From: Candidatus Oxydemutatoraceae bacterium
GTDB taxonomy: Bacteria; Pseudomonadota; Gammaproteobacteria; Poriferisulfidales; Oxydemutatoraceae
Length of the DNA stretch: 64,000 bases
Assembly: GCA_965220085.1 (NCBI GenBank)
Contig: CBDCOZ010000003.1
Span: 1,952,001-2,016,000, forward strand
Direction of reading: 5' to 3'
The notes under the pieces are model-generated. The model did no database searches. It had not been told where the DNA came from and saw only the letters and a program-made list of their open reading frames with translations. This document shows, piece by piece, positions 53,239-64,000 of the stretch. Position numbers and translations under genes: made by a program. Numbering within the stretch: position 1 is the stretch's first letter; every line of letters begins with the position of its first letter.

Positions 53239-53511
53239 GTTTATTTCACTAATGCACTCAAGGGATTTTTTCATTTTGCTTGCACGACTGAGAGAACACA
53301 CCCAAAGCGTAATGGAGTTGTTGTCGTTCACGCTTCATAAGGCGTGAGATATGCACAAGTTTCAATCGTTTCGTTTTTTTAATCAAAACCCTATCGATTT
53401 TACTCGTGAAAAGTTTGAACTTTAATCAAAAAAACGCCGCTGAACCTTCCTATAAGAAGAATTGAGCGACGCAACGAGTGGCACCATGCCGGAGATGTTG
53501 ACGTTGTAGTA

Positions 53512-53606
<95 letters not shown>

Positions 53607-53638
53607 TATCAATCAGTATTTTATTCCTTGGAATCTGT

Positions 53639-53827
53639 CTAGTCTGTGGTGACTTTTCCAAGTTGCTCTTTCTTGATCTTTTCATAAATCTCTTCACGAT
53701 AGACAGAAACACCCCGCGGGGCATTTATACCCAGCCGTGCCTGACCGCTACTGATGTTCAGAACGGTTACGGTGATATCGTCACCGATCATAAAAGATTC
53801 TCCCACTCTTCTAGTTAGAATTAACAC
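53639..53827 (-). CDS. csrA: Carbon storage regulator
   Basis: [27 protein letters not shown]. Confidence 0.96.
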   Translation of the reverse strand: MLILTRRVGESFMIGDDITVTVLNISSGQARLGINAPRGVSVYREEIYEKIKKEQLGKVTTD

Positions 53828-53975
53828 AGTATCCCTCCTGTTAATTTAGCCCGCCTATTATACAAGACCCTTGCTTTTGACATAAAAAGGTTTGTTTGTG
53901 GCGGAGTTTATCAATCAGATAGTTATTACACCCGATAAAACTGCGCAGCCCGGCTGAACTGCGCAGCTTCGGTAT

Positions 53976-55025
53976 TTAGAAAGCGTATTGCCAACCGATG
54001 GTTGTACGATAATCTACTTCCAGTTGCGGGCCATCCAGATGTTGGTAAACCGGCATGCCGAATTCCAGCGCAAGGCGATGGTCAGCCAAAGGCCCTTCGT
54101 GCCATAACCAATTCATACCGGCGAGCAAATCAACCCGTTTGCCGCCGCGCAAGTCCGTGCGTGCGGTCGGCACCAACGCCGGGTTGAGATCTTTGTCACG
54201 CCCCTTGATGTCTTGCCACTGTCGCGCGTCAAGGCGTAGCGAGGTGCTCAGGCTGGGTTGCCAGGTGTAGCTCATCCACGCTGTCGCTCCGTATTCATTG
54301 CCCAGACGATACCCTTCGGAATTGTGACCGATGCGGAATGTCCCGTGCAATTGTCCGCCCCACGACCAGAGGTCGTGGAAATGCTTCCATACAACAGACA
54401 GCATGGGGTCATAAGTTCCCGACCCCAGCTGCATGGCATAAGGCAATTTGCTACGCCCCATAGGGGTCTGGTCTTTTTTATCGGTGCTGCCGGTAGGCAA
54501 ACTTAAACCGATGTTGACTTGCAATTGACTGTGATGACCTGATGCATGCCCATCCATCAATGGCCATAATAAGGACAGTTTCAAATCACCGAGGCCTTGC
54601 GTGCGCGTAGTGAACTCGGCCGCAGGGCAATTAGCAAGCGCTGTCGCTCCGGTGCCGCGAGCGGGCGGCGGGCAAGCGCCGTGCTCCATGGTTTTGCGCA
54701 CATAAGGGAGCATCGCCATAAAAGTAAAGTTGTTTTCAAAGCCGTACATGGCACCGAACATATGCATTTCCATGTCCATTTCGTACGGTGCGACAACAAA
54801 TGGCTCTCGCCATACTTCTTCGCGGCTGCGCCGGCTGTTGCCATCGCGATTGCCATCCATATGCATGGTTGCGTAGCGATATGAAAACATCCATTCACCT
54901 GTGTCGTGTGTATGGTCACCCATCACACCCAGCGGCGCATGGTCGTCGGGCTTTGTTATGGTGCCCGTGTGTCCTGTCGCCGCAAACAATACGGCAACGA
55001 GTAATAGTAAAAATTTATAAAACAT
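53976..55025 (-). CDS. His/Met-rich outer-membrane beta-barrel protein (putative metal transporter)
   Basis: Signal peptide, PDDHAPLGVMGDHTH, MDMEMHM, MQLGSGTYD, C-terminal WQYAF beta-signal. Confidence 0.7.
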   Translation of the reverse strand: MFYKFLLLLVAVLFAATGHTGTITKPDDHAPLGVMGDHTHDTGEWMFSYRYATMHMDGNRDGNSRRSREEVWREPFVVAPYEMDMEMHMFGAMYGFENNFTFMAMLPYVRKTMEHGACPPPARGTGATALANCPAAEFTTRTQGLGDLKLSLLWPLMDGHASGHHSQLQVNIGLSLPTGSTDKKDQTPMGRSKLPYAMQLGSGTYDPMLSVVWKHFHDLWSWGGQLHGTFRIGHNSEGYRLGNEYGATAWMSYTWQPSLSTSLRLDARQWQDIKGRDKDLNPALVPTARTDLRGGKRVDLLAGMNWLWHEGPLADHRLALEFGMPVYQHLDGPQLEVDYRTTIGWQYAF

Positions 55026-55129
55026 TTTAGTCTCCTGTATTCTCAATAAAATATCCTGAAGTACATCCCGTTCATCAGGCGGGACGCGATTACCCGGATT
55101 TAAGTAATCTCCGACGCGAACGGCCGGAA

Positions 55130-55498
55130 TCAGGAGACTATGGGCGGGGCGCGCGAAGCCCAGTGGTAAGAAGCTGCAATGGTATCGGGTTGGACATGCG
55201 ATAGCGCAGTCCCGGCGACAATATGCCAGTCGCTTTTGACTATCATCGGCGCATCGGATGAAGCGTTTGAATCAGCCAGCCGGCCGACTTCCATCAACGC
55301 ACACAAACACGTAGCCAACTGCTCGCTTGTGTGGGACATATGCCCGGCATGGTCACTCTCGGCTTGTTGCTGCGAGTGAATCTGTGCCTCTGCGCAAACA
55401 CCGCCCCCCGGTAAAGCAAAGACCAGTGGCAAAGCGGCTTGGAAAAGTAACGCACCAAGCATGGCGCGTCCGATAAAACCGTGGGTTGTCATCCTCAT
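55130..55498 (-). CDS. DUF2946-like leader protein with C-terminal RAPP motif
   Basis: Signal-like N-terminus, HAGHMSH, CLC, ends SRAPPIVS; upstream of the OM barrel gene. Confidence 0.6.
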   Translation of the reverse strand: MRMTTHGFIGRAMLGALLFQAALPLVFALPGGGVCAEAQIHSQQQAESDHAGHMSHTSEQLATCLCALMEVGRLADSNASSDAPMIVKSDWHIVAGTALSHVQPDTIAASYHWASRAPPIVS

Positions 55499-55568
55499 TA
55501 CTCGCATAGACCTGTATTGCGATAATGCACTAATTTGCCCGGCATGACAAATGACAGAGGTATGGCGA

Positions 55569-56810
55569 CTATTTCCCGTCCGTCTCCGCTTGATCCAAGC
55601 CGAACGCATCGTGCAACACGCGCACTGCCGTCTCCATAGATTTTTCTTCTATGACAACAGAAATCTTTATTTCTGAAGTTGATATCATTCGGATATCTAT
55701 GCCCGCATTTGCCAAGGTCTGAAACATCTTCGTAGCGATGCCGGCGTGTGAGCGCATGCCGACACCGACTACCGACACCTTAACAATGGAGTCGTCGCCG
55801 CGTACCCGCCCCGATCCAAAAGTAGCGACACTCTGCTCAAGTATCTCACGCGCACGCTTGTAATCTCTGCGGTGTACGGTGAAAGTAAAGTCAGCTTCGC
55901 CGCTTTGCGAACCGACATTCTGCACAATCATATCCACTTCTATGTTGGCATCGGACACAGGCCCCAGTATCTGCGCTGCGATACCGACTTGATCGGGCAC
56001 CCCGCGCACGGTCAACTGCGCTTCATCCTGATTGAATGCAATCCCCGCTATCTTTGCGTTTTCCATCAATTCTTCTTCGCCTTCATAAGTGATGAGTGTC
56101 CCCTTCCCCTTGTTAAAGGTGGAAAGCACCCTGAGCGGCACATTATACTTGCCGGCCAACTCAACCGAGCGGATTTGCAATACCTTGGAACCGAGGCTTG
56201 CCATCTCAAGCATCTCCTCAAAGGTAATCCGCTTGAGCCGCCGCGCTTTGGGCTCTATGCGCGGGTCGGTTGTATAAACGCCATCGACATCGGTGTATAT
56301 CTGACATTCCTGCGCTTGTAATGCAGTAGCGAGTGCCACCGCACTGGTATCGGAACCGCCGCGTCCGAGCGTGGTGATATTGCCCGCGGAATCAACCCCC
56401 TGAAAACCGGCAACGACGACGACACGCCCCTTATCAAGCTGACTGTCAATCGTCTGGCGGTCAATCGACATGATGCGCGCACGATTATAAACATCATCGG
56501 TGGCGATACACGCTTGCACACCGTTCATTGATACGGCATCTATGCCCAGTTTGTTCAACGCAATCGCAAGCAGCGCGGCACTCGCCTGCTCGCCTGTTGC
56601 AAGCAATGCATCAAGCTCACGCCCGTAGTAGCCGTTGCTGATATCACCGGCAAGCTTGATAAGGCGATCGGTCTCACCGGCCATTGCGGACACAACGGCG
56701 ACAACCTTGGTGCCTTGCTTGTGATCTGCCGCAATCAGTGATGCGACATGGCGAATCATCTCCGGCGAGGCGACCGAAGTCCCACCAAATTTCTTTACTA
56801 TCAGGGGCAT
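55569..56810 (-). CDS. lysC: Aspartate kinase
   Basis: KFGGTSV, TLGRGGSDTSA, two ACT domains. Confidence 0.97.
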   Translation of the reverse strand: MPLIVKKFGGTSVASPEMIRHVASLIAADHKQGTKVVAVVSAMAGETDRLIKLAGDISNGYYGRELDALLATGEQASAALLAIALNKLGIDAVSMNGVQACIATDDVYNRARIMSIDRQTIDSQLDKGRVVVVAGFQGVDSAGNITTLGRGGSDTSAVALATALQAQECQIYTDVDGVYTTDPRIEPKARRLKRITFEEMLEMASLGSKVLQIRSVELAGKYNVPLRVLSTFNKGKGTLITYEGEEELMENAKIAGIAFNQDEAQLTVRGVPDQVGIAAQILGPVSDANIEVDMIVQNVGSQSGEADFTFTVHRRDYKRAREILEQSVATFGSGRVRGDDSIVKVSVVGVGMRSHAGIATKMFQTLANAGIDIRMISTSEIKISVVIEEKSMETAVRVLHDAFGLDQAETDGK

Positions 56811-56814
56811 GCTG

Positions 56815-57597
56815 CTATCTCAAAATCTGCGGGAAAGTAATGCCTTCCGGCAAGGAATGACTTGCGTCATATTCTACCCCAACAAGATATAAGCCCTTGC
56901 TTGGTGCTGTAACACCGCCGGAGCGCCGGTCGCGTTGGGCCAGAACTTGTGCCGGCCAGTCACACGGCTGCTCGCCGTGCCCGACTTCGATTAACACCCC
57001 GGCAATGTTTCTGACCATGTGCTGCAAAAACGCATTTGCGCAGATATCAATATATATGAAGCAACCGTCGCGCCACACCCGCAGGCTTTCGACTGTGCGC
57101 ATCGGCGAGCGCGACTGGCAACCCGCACTGCGGTAGCCGGAAAAGTCGTGCTCGCCAACGAGTGCTTGCGCGGCATCGTGCATTGCATCGGCATTGAGTG
57201 TTTGACTGATGCGCGTACAACGATTACGCAGTAAGGCGGATGGCACATCATCGTTCAGTATCACATAGCGATAGTGGCGGCGGATTGCGCTGACACGGGC
57301 ATGGAAGTCATCGCTGGCCGCCTGCACCCGGCGCAAGCATACATCGTCCGGCAAGTTTGCATTGGCACCTCGCAACCACTCGCGAGGTGTGCGCGATGCG
57401 GCGGTATCAAAATGTATTACTTGCCGCCACGCGTGTACTCCGGTATCGGTACGTCCGGCACACGCGACTACCACCGGATGGTCGGCCACTTTAGAAAGCG
57501 CGCCTTGCACGCAGTCCTGCACACTGCGCGCGTGCGACTGGCTTTGCCAACCAAAAAAATCTGTGCCGTCATATTCGACAGCAGCGCATATCCTCAT
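56815..57597 (-). CDS. truA: tRNA pseudouridine(38-40) synthase
   Basis: EYDGT.F.GWQ, AGRTDTGVHA, FLQHMVRNI. Confidence 0.97.
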   Translation of the reverse strand: MRICAAVEYDGTDFFGWQSQSHARSVQDCVQGALSKVADHPVVVACAGRTDTGVHAWRQVIHFDTAASRTPREWLRGANANLPDDVCLRRVQAASDDFHARVSAIRRHYRYVILNDDVPSALLRNRCTRISQTLNADAMHDAAQALVGEHDFSGYRSAGCQSRSPMRTVESLRVWRDGCFIYIDICANAFLQHMVRNIAGVLIEVGHGEQPCDWPAQVLAQRDRRSGGVTAPSKGLYLVGVEYDASHSLPEGITFPQILR

Positions 57598-58907
57598 CCG
57601 GGATCACCTCTCACTTTGTCCTTGAGCGCATGAGCGCGCTTGACTTGTGACGGAGTGCCGCGCTTGATTACCGCATCAATTATCTCCTGCGCCTCGATGT
57701 GATCGCCCATTTCAATATATGTGGTCGCGAGGTTAAGCTGATTGTTAATCTCACTCTCACCATCACTGAGCTTCTCTGCGGGCGCGACATATCCGATTTC
57801 TTTTTCCAGCTCGCCTTGCCCGGGCAATGCCGTTTTGCGCTGCCGCTCCTGCTGCCGCGTCAGACGCCTATGCCTGTATTGACGCACCACCATCAGCGCA
57901 AGCAACACAAGCCAAAAGGCCGCCAAACCAAACCAGAATTGGCGCGACAACAAAGCCCGCTTGTCCCAACCCTCTCCTCTGGCATACTCCCGCGCACGGT
58001 CGAGCAACGAAGCGATGCCCTGCGGCTGTTGCTCCGTATCTTTTTGCGCAGCCTCCTCCAATAATTGATGCTTGAGCGCGGTAATCTGATTTTCCATCGC
58101 TGCCATTCTGTTTTTTATCGCGCCCATCTGATCGTCAGAACCACCATCGACATAAACATCGCTTGTAAGATCACCGGCTAAAAGCTTTTTCAACAGCGCT
58201 CGCTCACGATCCGCAAACAATACGCGGCCCATCGCACGCAAGGCACCGTGTGTCTTTGTGTCTTTCGCAAATTCAGCCTTGGCATCGGCGCTGAGCAAGG
58301 CTTGAAAACCGTTGACAAATGATTCGTCCGGCTGAGTGCCGCCTAATCTGAACACGATGTATTTTGTTTCCAACCCGGCATCGTCGGTGATGAGTCGGCG
58401 CAGGCTGCCAAGCACTTCAATGCGAGTCAGACCTGTCGCATCTGCGATGCGATTTAGAATCTGCGACAAAACCTCGGCCGCGGTTAATACATCCGGTGGC
58501 GGCGGGGCGGGCGGTGTCAAAACAACGGCGTATCTTTTAACGAGCTCACCTTCTGCCGTAACCAGGCCGACCACCAGATTGAAACGCTCCGCATTGACCG
58601 CGCCGATGCTGCTCACCGCGATATGCGGATTAGCGGCGGTCATGACAAGCTCTGTCACGATACGCTCATGCAAGTCAGAGTATTCAATATTGACCTTCTG
58701 ATACAGTGCCGCTCCATGCGGCAATAGCCTGATTGCGGAGAGATCCTCCGCAGAAGACAGCGGAATGTGAACATCCAATGTCTGCCCGGGCAGGCTTTCA
58801 ACCCGCAACTCACCCAACTCAACAGCGGCAGCAGTCTGCCATAACAACGAGAACCCGAGCGATAAACACAGCAATATGCTCGTGTGCCTGTGTACTTTAC
58901 CCATCAA
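57594..58907 (-). CDS. fimV: FimV/HubP-like protein
   Basis: LGELRVES.PGQ.L N-terminus, TM segment, C-terminal LNLATTYIEMGD; lies between asd and truA. Confidence 0.75.
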   Translation of the reverse strand: MMGKVHRHTSILLCLSLGFSLLWQTAAAVELGELRVESLPGQTLDVHIPLSSAEDLSAIRLLPHGAALYQKVNIEYSDLHERIVTELVMTAANPHIAVSSIGAVNAERFNLVVGLVTAEGELVKRYAVVLTPPAPPPPDVLTAAEVLSQILNRIADATGLTRIEVLGSLRRLITDDAGLETKYIVFRLGGTQPDESFVNGFQALLSADAKAEFAKDTKTHGALRAMGRVLFADRERALLKKLLAGDLTSDVYVDGGSDDQMGAIKNRMAAMENQITALKHQLLEEAAQKDTEQQPQGIASLLDRAREYARGEGWDKRALLSRQFWFGLAAFWLVLLALMVVRQYRHRRLTRQQERQRKTALPGQGELEKEIGYVAPAEKLSDGESEINNQLNLATTYIEMGDHIEAQEIIDAVIKRGTPSQVKRAHALKDKVRGDPG

Positions 58908-59925
58908 TGTAATCGCGCAACATGATTTCCGCTATCTGCACACTGTTAGTTGCGGCACCTTTACGCAGGTTATCACTGACAACCCAAAGGTTGAGGCCGT
59001 TAGGATGTGAAATGTCTTTGCGGATGCGGCCGACAAAGACATCGTCGCAACCGCTCGCTTCGGTTGCCGCGGTCGGATAACCGCCGTCGGCCTGTTCGTC
59101 GATGACGACAACGCCGGCGGCGGTTGCGAGTGCTTCCCGCGCATGTTCAACATCTATCTGCTGTGCACATTCAATATGTACCGCTTCGGAATGACCATAG
59201 ACCACAGGAACCCTGACCGTTGTCGGATTGACAAGAATAGATTCGTCTTCAAATATCTTTTGCGTCTCCCACACCATCTTCATTTCTTCCTTCGTATACC
59301 CGTTGTCCATGAAGACATCTATCTGCGGCAGCGCATTAAAAGCAATCTGCTTGGGATACACCCGGCTTTCAACCGCAGCACCTCCCAATATCGCGCGCGA
59401 TTGCTCAAGCATTTCTTCAATCGCAGACTGACCGGTGCCGGAAACCGCCTGATAAGTCGCGACATTAATCCGCTTGATTTTGAACAGATCGTGCAGAGGT
59501 TTTAACGCAACCGCCATCTGTATCGTCGAACAATTCGGGTTGGCGATGATGCGGCGGTTGCTCCAACCTGCCAGAGCATGCGGGTTGACTTCCGGCACTA
59601 CGAGCGGAATATCATCCTCATAACGGAAGTGCGAAGTATTATCGACCACAACGCAACCCGCCCCGGCGGCAAGCGGCGCATATTGCGCGGACACAGACCC
59701 CCCGGCTGAAAACAAACCGAGTTCCGCGTTGGAGAAGTCAAACTCAGCCAGATTTATAACCTCCAACTCCTTGCCGTTAAAAGTTATCTTGTTCCCGGCC
59801 GAGCGCGCACTGGCCAATGGATACAAATTGGCAACGGGGAACTGCCTCTCCTCGAGTATCCGGCAGATCGTGCGTCCAACCGCACCGGTTGCCCCGACAA
59901 CTGCCACATTGATTTTACGTGCCAT
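58897..59925 (-). CDS. asd: Aspartate-semialdehyde dehydrogenase
   Basis: GATGAVG, ANPNCSTIQ, DNLRKGAA. Confidence 0.97.
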   Translation of the reverse strand: MARKINVAVVGATGAVGRTICRILEERQFPVANLYPLASARSAGNKITFNGKELEVINLAEFDFSNAELGLFSAGGSVSAQYAPLAAGAGCVVVDNTSHFRYEDDIPLVVPEVNPHALAGWSNRRIIANPNCSTIQMAVALKPLHDLFKIKRINVATYQAVSGTGQSAIEEMLEQSRAILGGAAVESRVYPKQIAFNALPQIDVFMDNGYTKEEMKMVWETQKIFEDESILVNPTTVRVPVVYGHSEAVHIECAQQIDVEHAREALATAAGVVVIDEQADGGYPTAATEASGCDDVFVGRIRKDISHPNGLNLWVVSDNLRKGAATNSVQIAEIMLRDYIDG

Positions 59926-59959
59926 CGCGAAATACCTCGGAATTATTGATTACATGTTG

Positions 59960-61051
59960 CTACAGCAGGCTGATGTAATGCCTGACGACCGCATCACCAA
60001 GTTCGGATGTCGTCACAGGCGCTCCGCCCGCCGCAATATCCGCCGTACGCAATCCTTCTTCAAGCGTGCGCCCCACTGCGGTCTCTATCCTGTCCGCTTG
60101 CGTTTTCATATTCAAAGAATAACGCAAAAGCATCGCCAACGATAGAATCGTAGCCAATGGATTGGCCAAACCGCGACCGGCAATATCAGGCGCGGAACCG
60201 TGCGCCGGTTCGTACAGACCCCAACCGTCCGCGTTCAAAGACGCCGACGGCAGCATACCGATTGAACCCGTCAGCATTGCCGCCAAGTCAGACAAAATGT
60301 CGCCGAACATATTAGAGGTGACGATCACATCAAACTGTGTCGGGTCGCGCACCAACTGCATCGCGGCGTTATCCACATAGAGATGGCTCAAGCGCACATC
60401 GGGGTAGTCCTGCGCCACACTTTCTACGACCTCGCGCCACAACTCCGACACCTCAAGCACATTCGCTTTGTCAACCGAACATACTTTGCACCCGCGCTTG
60501 GTAGCGGCGGTAAACGCCGCGCGGGCGATGCGCTCAATTTCGTCTTCACGATAGACCATCGTGTTGATTCCTTCTCTGACCCCTCCATCGCCGGTCTGTA
60601 TGCCCCGCGGAGTACCGAAATAGATACCGCCGACGAGCTCGCGCACAATCAGAATATCCAGACCTGAAATCACTTCGCGCTTGAGGCTGGAGCTGTCGAT
60701 AAGCGGTTCAAACAACACGGCCGGACGTAAGTTCGCAAACAGATTCAAACTGCTGCGAATACCGAGCAAGCCGCGCTCCGGGCGTTTATCGCGCTCAAGC
60801 TGTTCATACTGCGGCCCGCCGACCGCACCCATCAACGCCGCAGAGCAAGCGCGCGCCAAAGACAATGTCTCCTCCGGCAGTGGCGTCCCGCAAGCATCGT
60901 ATGCCGCGCCGCCAATCAATCCTTGCTCAACATGAATATCCAAAGCCTCGTGTTGGCAGATAGCATCAAGCAACTTACAAGCTTCGGCAGTGACTTCAGG
61001 CCCGATTCCATCCCCCGGCAGACACAGAATGCTGTGATTGTGGTTATCCAT
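59960..61051 (-). CDS. leuB: 3-isopropylmalate dehydrogenase
   Basis: [23 protein letters not shown]. Confidence 0.97.
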   Translation of the reverse strand: MDNHNHSILCLPGDGIGPEVTAEACKLLDAICQHEALDIHVEQGLIGGAAYDACGTPLPEETLSLARACSAALMGAVGGPQYEQLERDKRPERGLLGIRSSLNLFANLRPAVLFEPLIDSSSLKREVISGLDILIVRELVGGIYFGTPRGIQTGDGGVREGINTMVYREDEIERIARAAFTAATKRGCKVCSVDKANVLEVSELWREVVESVAQDYPDVRLSHLYVDNAAMQLVRDPTQFDVIVTSNMFGDILSDLAAMLTGSIGMLPSASLNADGWGLYEPAHGSAPDIAGRGLANPLATILSLAMLLRYSLNMKTQADRIETAVGRTLEEGLRTADIAAGGAPVTTSELGDAVVRHYISLL

Positions 61052-61056
61052 AAACC

Positions 61057-61704
61057 CTATGCCGGACTCTTATTGAACAACCACGGTGTCAGTTTGCGCT
61101 TGGCGTTCTCATATTCTTGAATCCGGTCGCTATGCTTCAAGGTCAAACCAATCTCATCCAGACCTTCCAGCAAACAGGACTTATTAAACGCATCAACCTC
61201 AAACTTCCACACCGTCTCGCCATCGCTTAATGTCTGTTCGGACAAATCAGCCGTCAGGCCATATCCTTCCGTCTTTGCCACCCGCTCAAACAATGTGTCT
61301 ACCGCATCGGGAGACAATACCACCGCGAGCAAACCGTTCTTAAATGAGTTGCTGGCAAATATGTCGGCAAACATCGGCGCTATAACCACCCTGAAGCCGG
61401 CATCCATCAGCGCCCACACTGCGTGTTCGCGAGACGAGCCGCAACCAAAGTTCTCACGCGCCAGCAATATGCTGGCATCGCGATAGCGCGGCTGATTCAA
61501 TACAAACTCGGCGTTGATTTTGCGCTTTGAATGATCCTGCCCGGGCTCACCGGGCTCCAGATAACGCCAGTCATCAAACAGGTTGGGACCGAAACCGCTG
61601 CGTTTTACCGATTTCAGATATTGCTTCGGGATAATCGCATCGGTATCCGCATTGGCACGGTCTAACGGCGCCACAATCCCCCGATGTGTTTTGAAAGCCC
61701 GCAT
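61057..61704 (-). CDS. leuD: 3-isopropylmalate dehydratase small subunit
   Basis: [22 protein letters not shown]. Confidence 0.97.
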   Translation of the reverse strand: MRAFKTHRGIVAPLDRANADTDAIIPKQYLKSVKRSGFGPNLFDDWRYLEPGEPGQDHSKRKINAEFVLNQPRYRDASILLARENFGCGSSREHAVWALMDAGFRVVIAPMFADIFASNSFKNGLLAVVLSPDAVDTLFERVAKTEGYGLTADLSEQTLSDGETVWKFEVDAFNKSCLLEGLDEIGLTLKHSDRIQEYENAKRKLTPWLFNKSPA

Positions 61705-63107
61705 CACTCCCACCCTCGCACATCAACAAAATGCCCCGCGACGGCGGCGGCGGCGGCCATCGCCGGGCTCACCAGATGGGTGCGCCCGCCTTGGCCCTGA
61801 CGACCTTCAAAGTTGCGATTAGAAGTCGAGGCACAGCGCTCGCCTTTGGCTAAGCGATCGGCATTCATTCCAAGGCACATGGAGCAACCCGGTTCGCGCC
61901 ACTCAAACCCGGCATCCTTGAAAATCTTGTCAAGGCCTTCGTCTTCGGCCTGACGCTTAATCAGCCCGGAGCCCGGCACGACCATCGCCAGTTTGATACC
62001 GGGTGCGACTTTCTTGCCCTTAACGACCGTCGCTGCCGCCCGCAAATCTTCAATCCGCGAGTTCGTGCAGGAGCCGATAAACACCTTATCCAATACGATA
62101 TCCTCAATCGCAGTCCCCGGCTCCAAGTCCATATAAGAAAGCGCTCGGCGCCAACTCTCCGATTGCACCGGGTCTTTGGCCTCATCGGGCGATGGCACTC
62201 TGGCATCCACCGGCGCCACCATCTCCGGTGATGTGCCCCAACTGACCTGTGGGTAAATTGCACTTGCATCAAGCGACACTTCGCGGTCAAACACCGCGCC
62301 GTCATCGGAATGCAAGTCGCCCCACGCCTCCAATGCCTGCTGCCACATTGCGCCACTTGGCGCGTGAGGGCGGCCTTGCAAATACGCGGCGGTCGTATCA
62401 TCAAACGCAACCATGCCGGCGCGCGCGCCCGCTTCTATCGTCATGTTGCAAACCGTCATCCTCTGCTCCATTGAAAAATTGCGGATGACATCACCGCCGT
62501 ATTCAATCGCATAGCCGGCGCCGCCCGCCGTTCCGATTTTGCCGATGATGGCCAGAATGACATCCTTGGCGGTGACTCCGGACGGCAACTCGCCGTTCAC
62601 CGTCACTCTCATATTGGCCAGTTTTTTCATCGCGAGGCATTGTGTCGCAAACACATGCTCGACATCCGATGTGCCGATGCCCAATGCAAACACCGCAAAC
62701 GCGCCGTGGGTCGAAGTGTGCGAATCCCCGCAGACCAAAGTCATGCCGGGCAGTGTCGCACCTTGCTCAGGACCGATGATGTGCACGATGCCCTGACGGA
62801 TATCATCCAGATAGTAATACTCCAGCGCGTTCTGCGAACAGTTGCGCGTCAAAGTCTCGACTTGGATGCGCGATACCGGATCATCGATGCCGAGCGCGCG
62901 GTCGGTCGTCGGCACATTGTGGTCGGGCACGGCGATAATGGTGTCCTTGCGCCACAGCGTGCGGCCTGCAAGTGTCAAACCTTCAAACGCCTGCGGTGAT
63001 GTAACCTCGTGAACGAGGTGACGGTCTATATAGATGAGGGTGTTGCCGTTCGCTTCTTCGTGGACGACATGGTCCCTCCAGAGTTTGTCATAAAGCGTTA
63101 ATGCCAT
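61704..63107 (-). CDS. leuC: 3-isopropylmalate dehydratase large subunit
   Basis: [39 protein letters not shown]. Confidence 0.98.
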   Translation of the reverse strand: MALTLYDKLWRDHVVHEEANGNTLIYIDRHLVHEVTSPQAFEGLTLAGRTLWRKDTIIAVPDHNVPTTDRALGIDDPVSRIQVETLTRNCSQNALEYYYLDDIRQGIVHIIGPEQGATLPGMTLVCGDSHTSTHGAFAVFALGIGTSDVEHVFATQCLAMKKLANMRVTVNGELPSGVTAKDVILAIIGKIGTAGGAGYAIEYGGDVIRNFSMEQRMTVCNMTIEAGARAGMVAFDDTTAAYLQGRPHAPSGAMWQQALEAWGDLHSDDGAVFDREVSLDASAIYPQVSWGTSPEMVAPVDARVPSPDEAKDPVQSESWRRALSYMDLEPGTAIEDIVLDKVFIGSCTNSRIEDLRAAATVVKGKKVAPGIKLAMVVPGSGLIKRQAEDEGLDKIFKDAGFEWREPGCSMCLGMNADRLAKGERCASTSNRNFEGRQGQGGRTHLVSPAMAAAAAVAGHFVDVRGWE

Positions 63108-63187
63108 TGTGAAACCTTACCCTTCCTACGCTATGAATACGCTCGCCCGGGTAACCGGGCTTTGCTAACCGGTGTGCTTATAGGAGA

Positions 63188-63412
63188 TTAATGCGCATCC
63201 GGATTATAGAAAGCCGAATCAATGCGCTTCTTATGCGGCCAAAAAGTCATATCGGGGTGTTCTTCGTGAAGTTTTTCAGCGCGCGTTCGGGCCTCGCCAT
63301 AGGTCATTTCTTCATCGTAATAACCGGCTTCAAATTTGTATTTGTATCGCCACCCGATAACGAAGCCGCGCTCATCATCCCGGTGGTGCAAAGTATCTTC
63401 CATCGTCGGCAC
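63188..63412 (-). CDS. Small hypothetical protein
   Basis: 74-aa ORF with protein-like composition, co-oriented with neighbours. Confidence 0.5.
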   Translation of the reverse strand: MPTMEDTLHHRDDERGFVIGWRYKYKFEAGYYDEEMTYGEARTRAEKLHEEHPDMTFWPHKKRIDSAFYNPDAH

Positions 63413-63468
63413 TATCGAAGTTCATTAATCATAACGCGTGAGGTGGCATGATAACACAACCGCGCGGA

Positions 63469-64000
63469 TTACCGCGATACAACGGCGCGCGGAGCGTACG
63501 CCATCAACAAGCGTTTGAGCACCCGGTGCGACAACTCATACGACAGAGGCGCATCGCTCCCGCCGCCGGGGTGTACCGTAACCAGCGTCTCGCCGTCGGT
63601 TTTTGCCAGCAAGCGCAACTGCAACAAGCGGCGCGCGGGGGCGGCGGGGGCGAAGGCGGGTTCGTCATCGTACGCAATCAAATACACGCCCCGACTGCGG
63701 TCATCGCCGCGCACATCCATATTGTCGCGCCCGAGTACCGCCCCCAGACGCCGCCATACCCGGCTGTAGCGCTGCCCGATGACCAATACCGCAACGCCGC
63801 CGAGGTCCCTGATATCAAGCCGCGTTTTTATATCGCGCAACGAAGCCATCCGCGGCCCCGCCGCCTCGCGACCCGAAGCAAGGTGCGCCCTAAAGCGCAT
63901 CAAGACTTGATACTCAAGGTCGGGGAACGGCGCCAGCAATTGCCACGCGTCGGCTTTGCGTCCGGCGTTTTGAGCGGCAAAAAATACATTTGTCACAGCG
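63469..64000 (-). CDS. BamC/NlpB-like protein, C-terminal part; runs off window end
   Basis: YSRVWRRLGAVL...V.GDDRSRGVYLI resembles the BamC helix-grip domain. Confidence 0.55.
   Translation of the reverse strand, partial: AVTNVFFAAQNAGRKADAWQLLAPFPDLEYQVLMRFRAHLASGREAAGPRMASLRDIKTRLDIRDLGGVAVLVIGQRYSRVWRRLGAVLGRDNMDVRGDDRSRGVYLIAYDDEPAFAPAAPARRLLQLRLLAKTDGETLVTVHPGGGSDAPLSYELSHRVLKRLLMAYAPRAVVSR

Larger units (their letters stand above)
47700..53450. mobile_element. Low-GC restriction-modification island at the 3' side of tRNA-Ser; no integrase seen
   Basis: Visibly AT-rich relative to flanks; four co-oriented defence genes ending next to tRNA-Ser. Confidence 0.6.

Overview
Gammaproteobacterial chromosomal segment, inferred from gene order (uvrC-pgsA-tRNA Gly/Cys/Leu, csrA-tRNA-Ser, leuCDB-asd-fimV-truA, rpmF-plsX-fabH). 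The eukaryote-like and Ig/cadherin-like secreted proteins suggest a host-associated organism, but that is inference. Most of the window is housekeeping genes, plus a MoxR/Bat operon, a nucleotidyltransferase/HAD cluster and a low-GC restriction-modification island at tRNA-Ser. Two unusual systems stand out. (1) Five secreted proteins with different cargo domains (plus one orphan gene tail) all end in the same C-terminal peptide, LRLR(L/I)FLEGPLR*. Four have an 18-22 nt poly-C tract just after the start codon, and they share promoter and post-stop DNA modules. This looks like a phase-variable surface-protein family with a candidate new C-terminal sorting signal. (2) Seven tightly packed gene junctions in the first 45 kb are tandemly amplified (units of about 100-280 bp, 2-7 copies, often bounded by microhomology) without truncating either flanking gene. 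At co-directional junctions the units form in-frame mini-ORF relays. Also present are two 60/61-bp intergenic arrays (not CRISPR), a diverged inverted repeat bracketing the 4.1-13.2 kb accessory block, a RadC-methyltransferase fusion and a RAPP-motif leader gene. All assignments come from reading the sequence and ORFs by eye; no searches were run.
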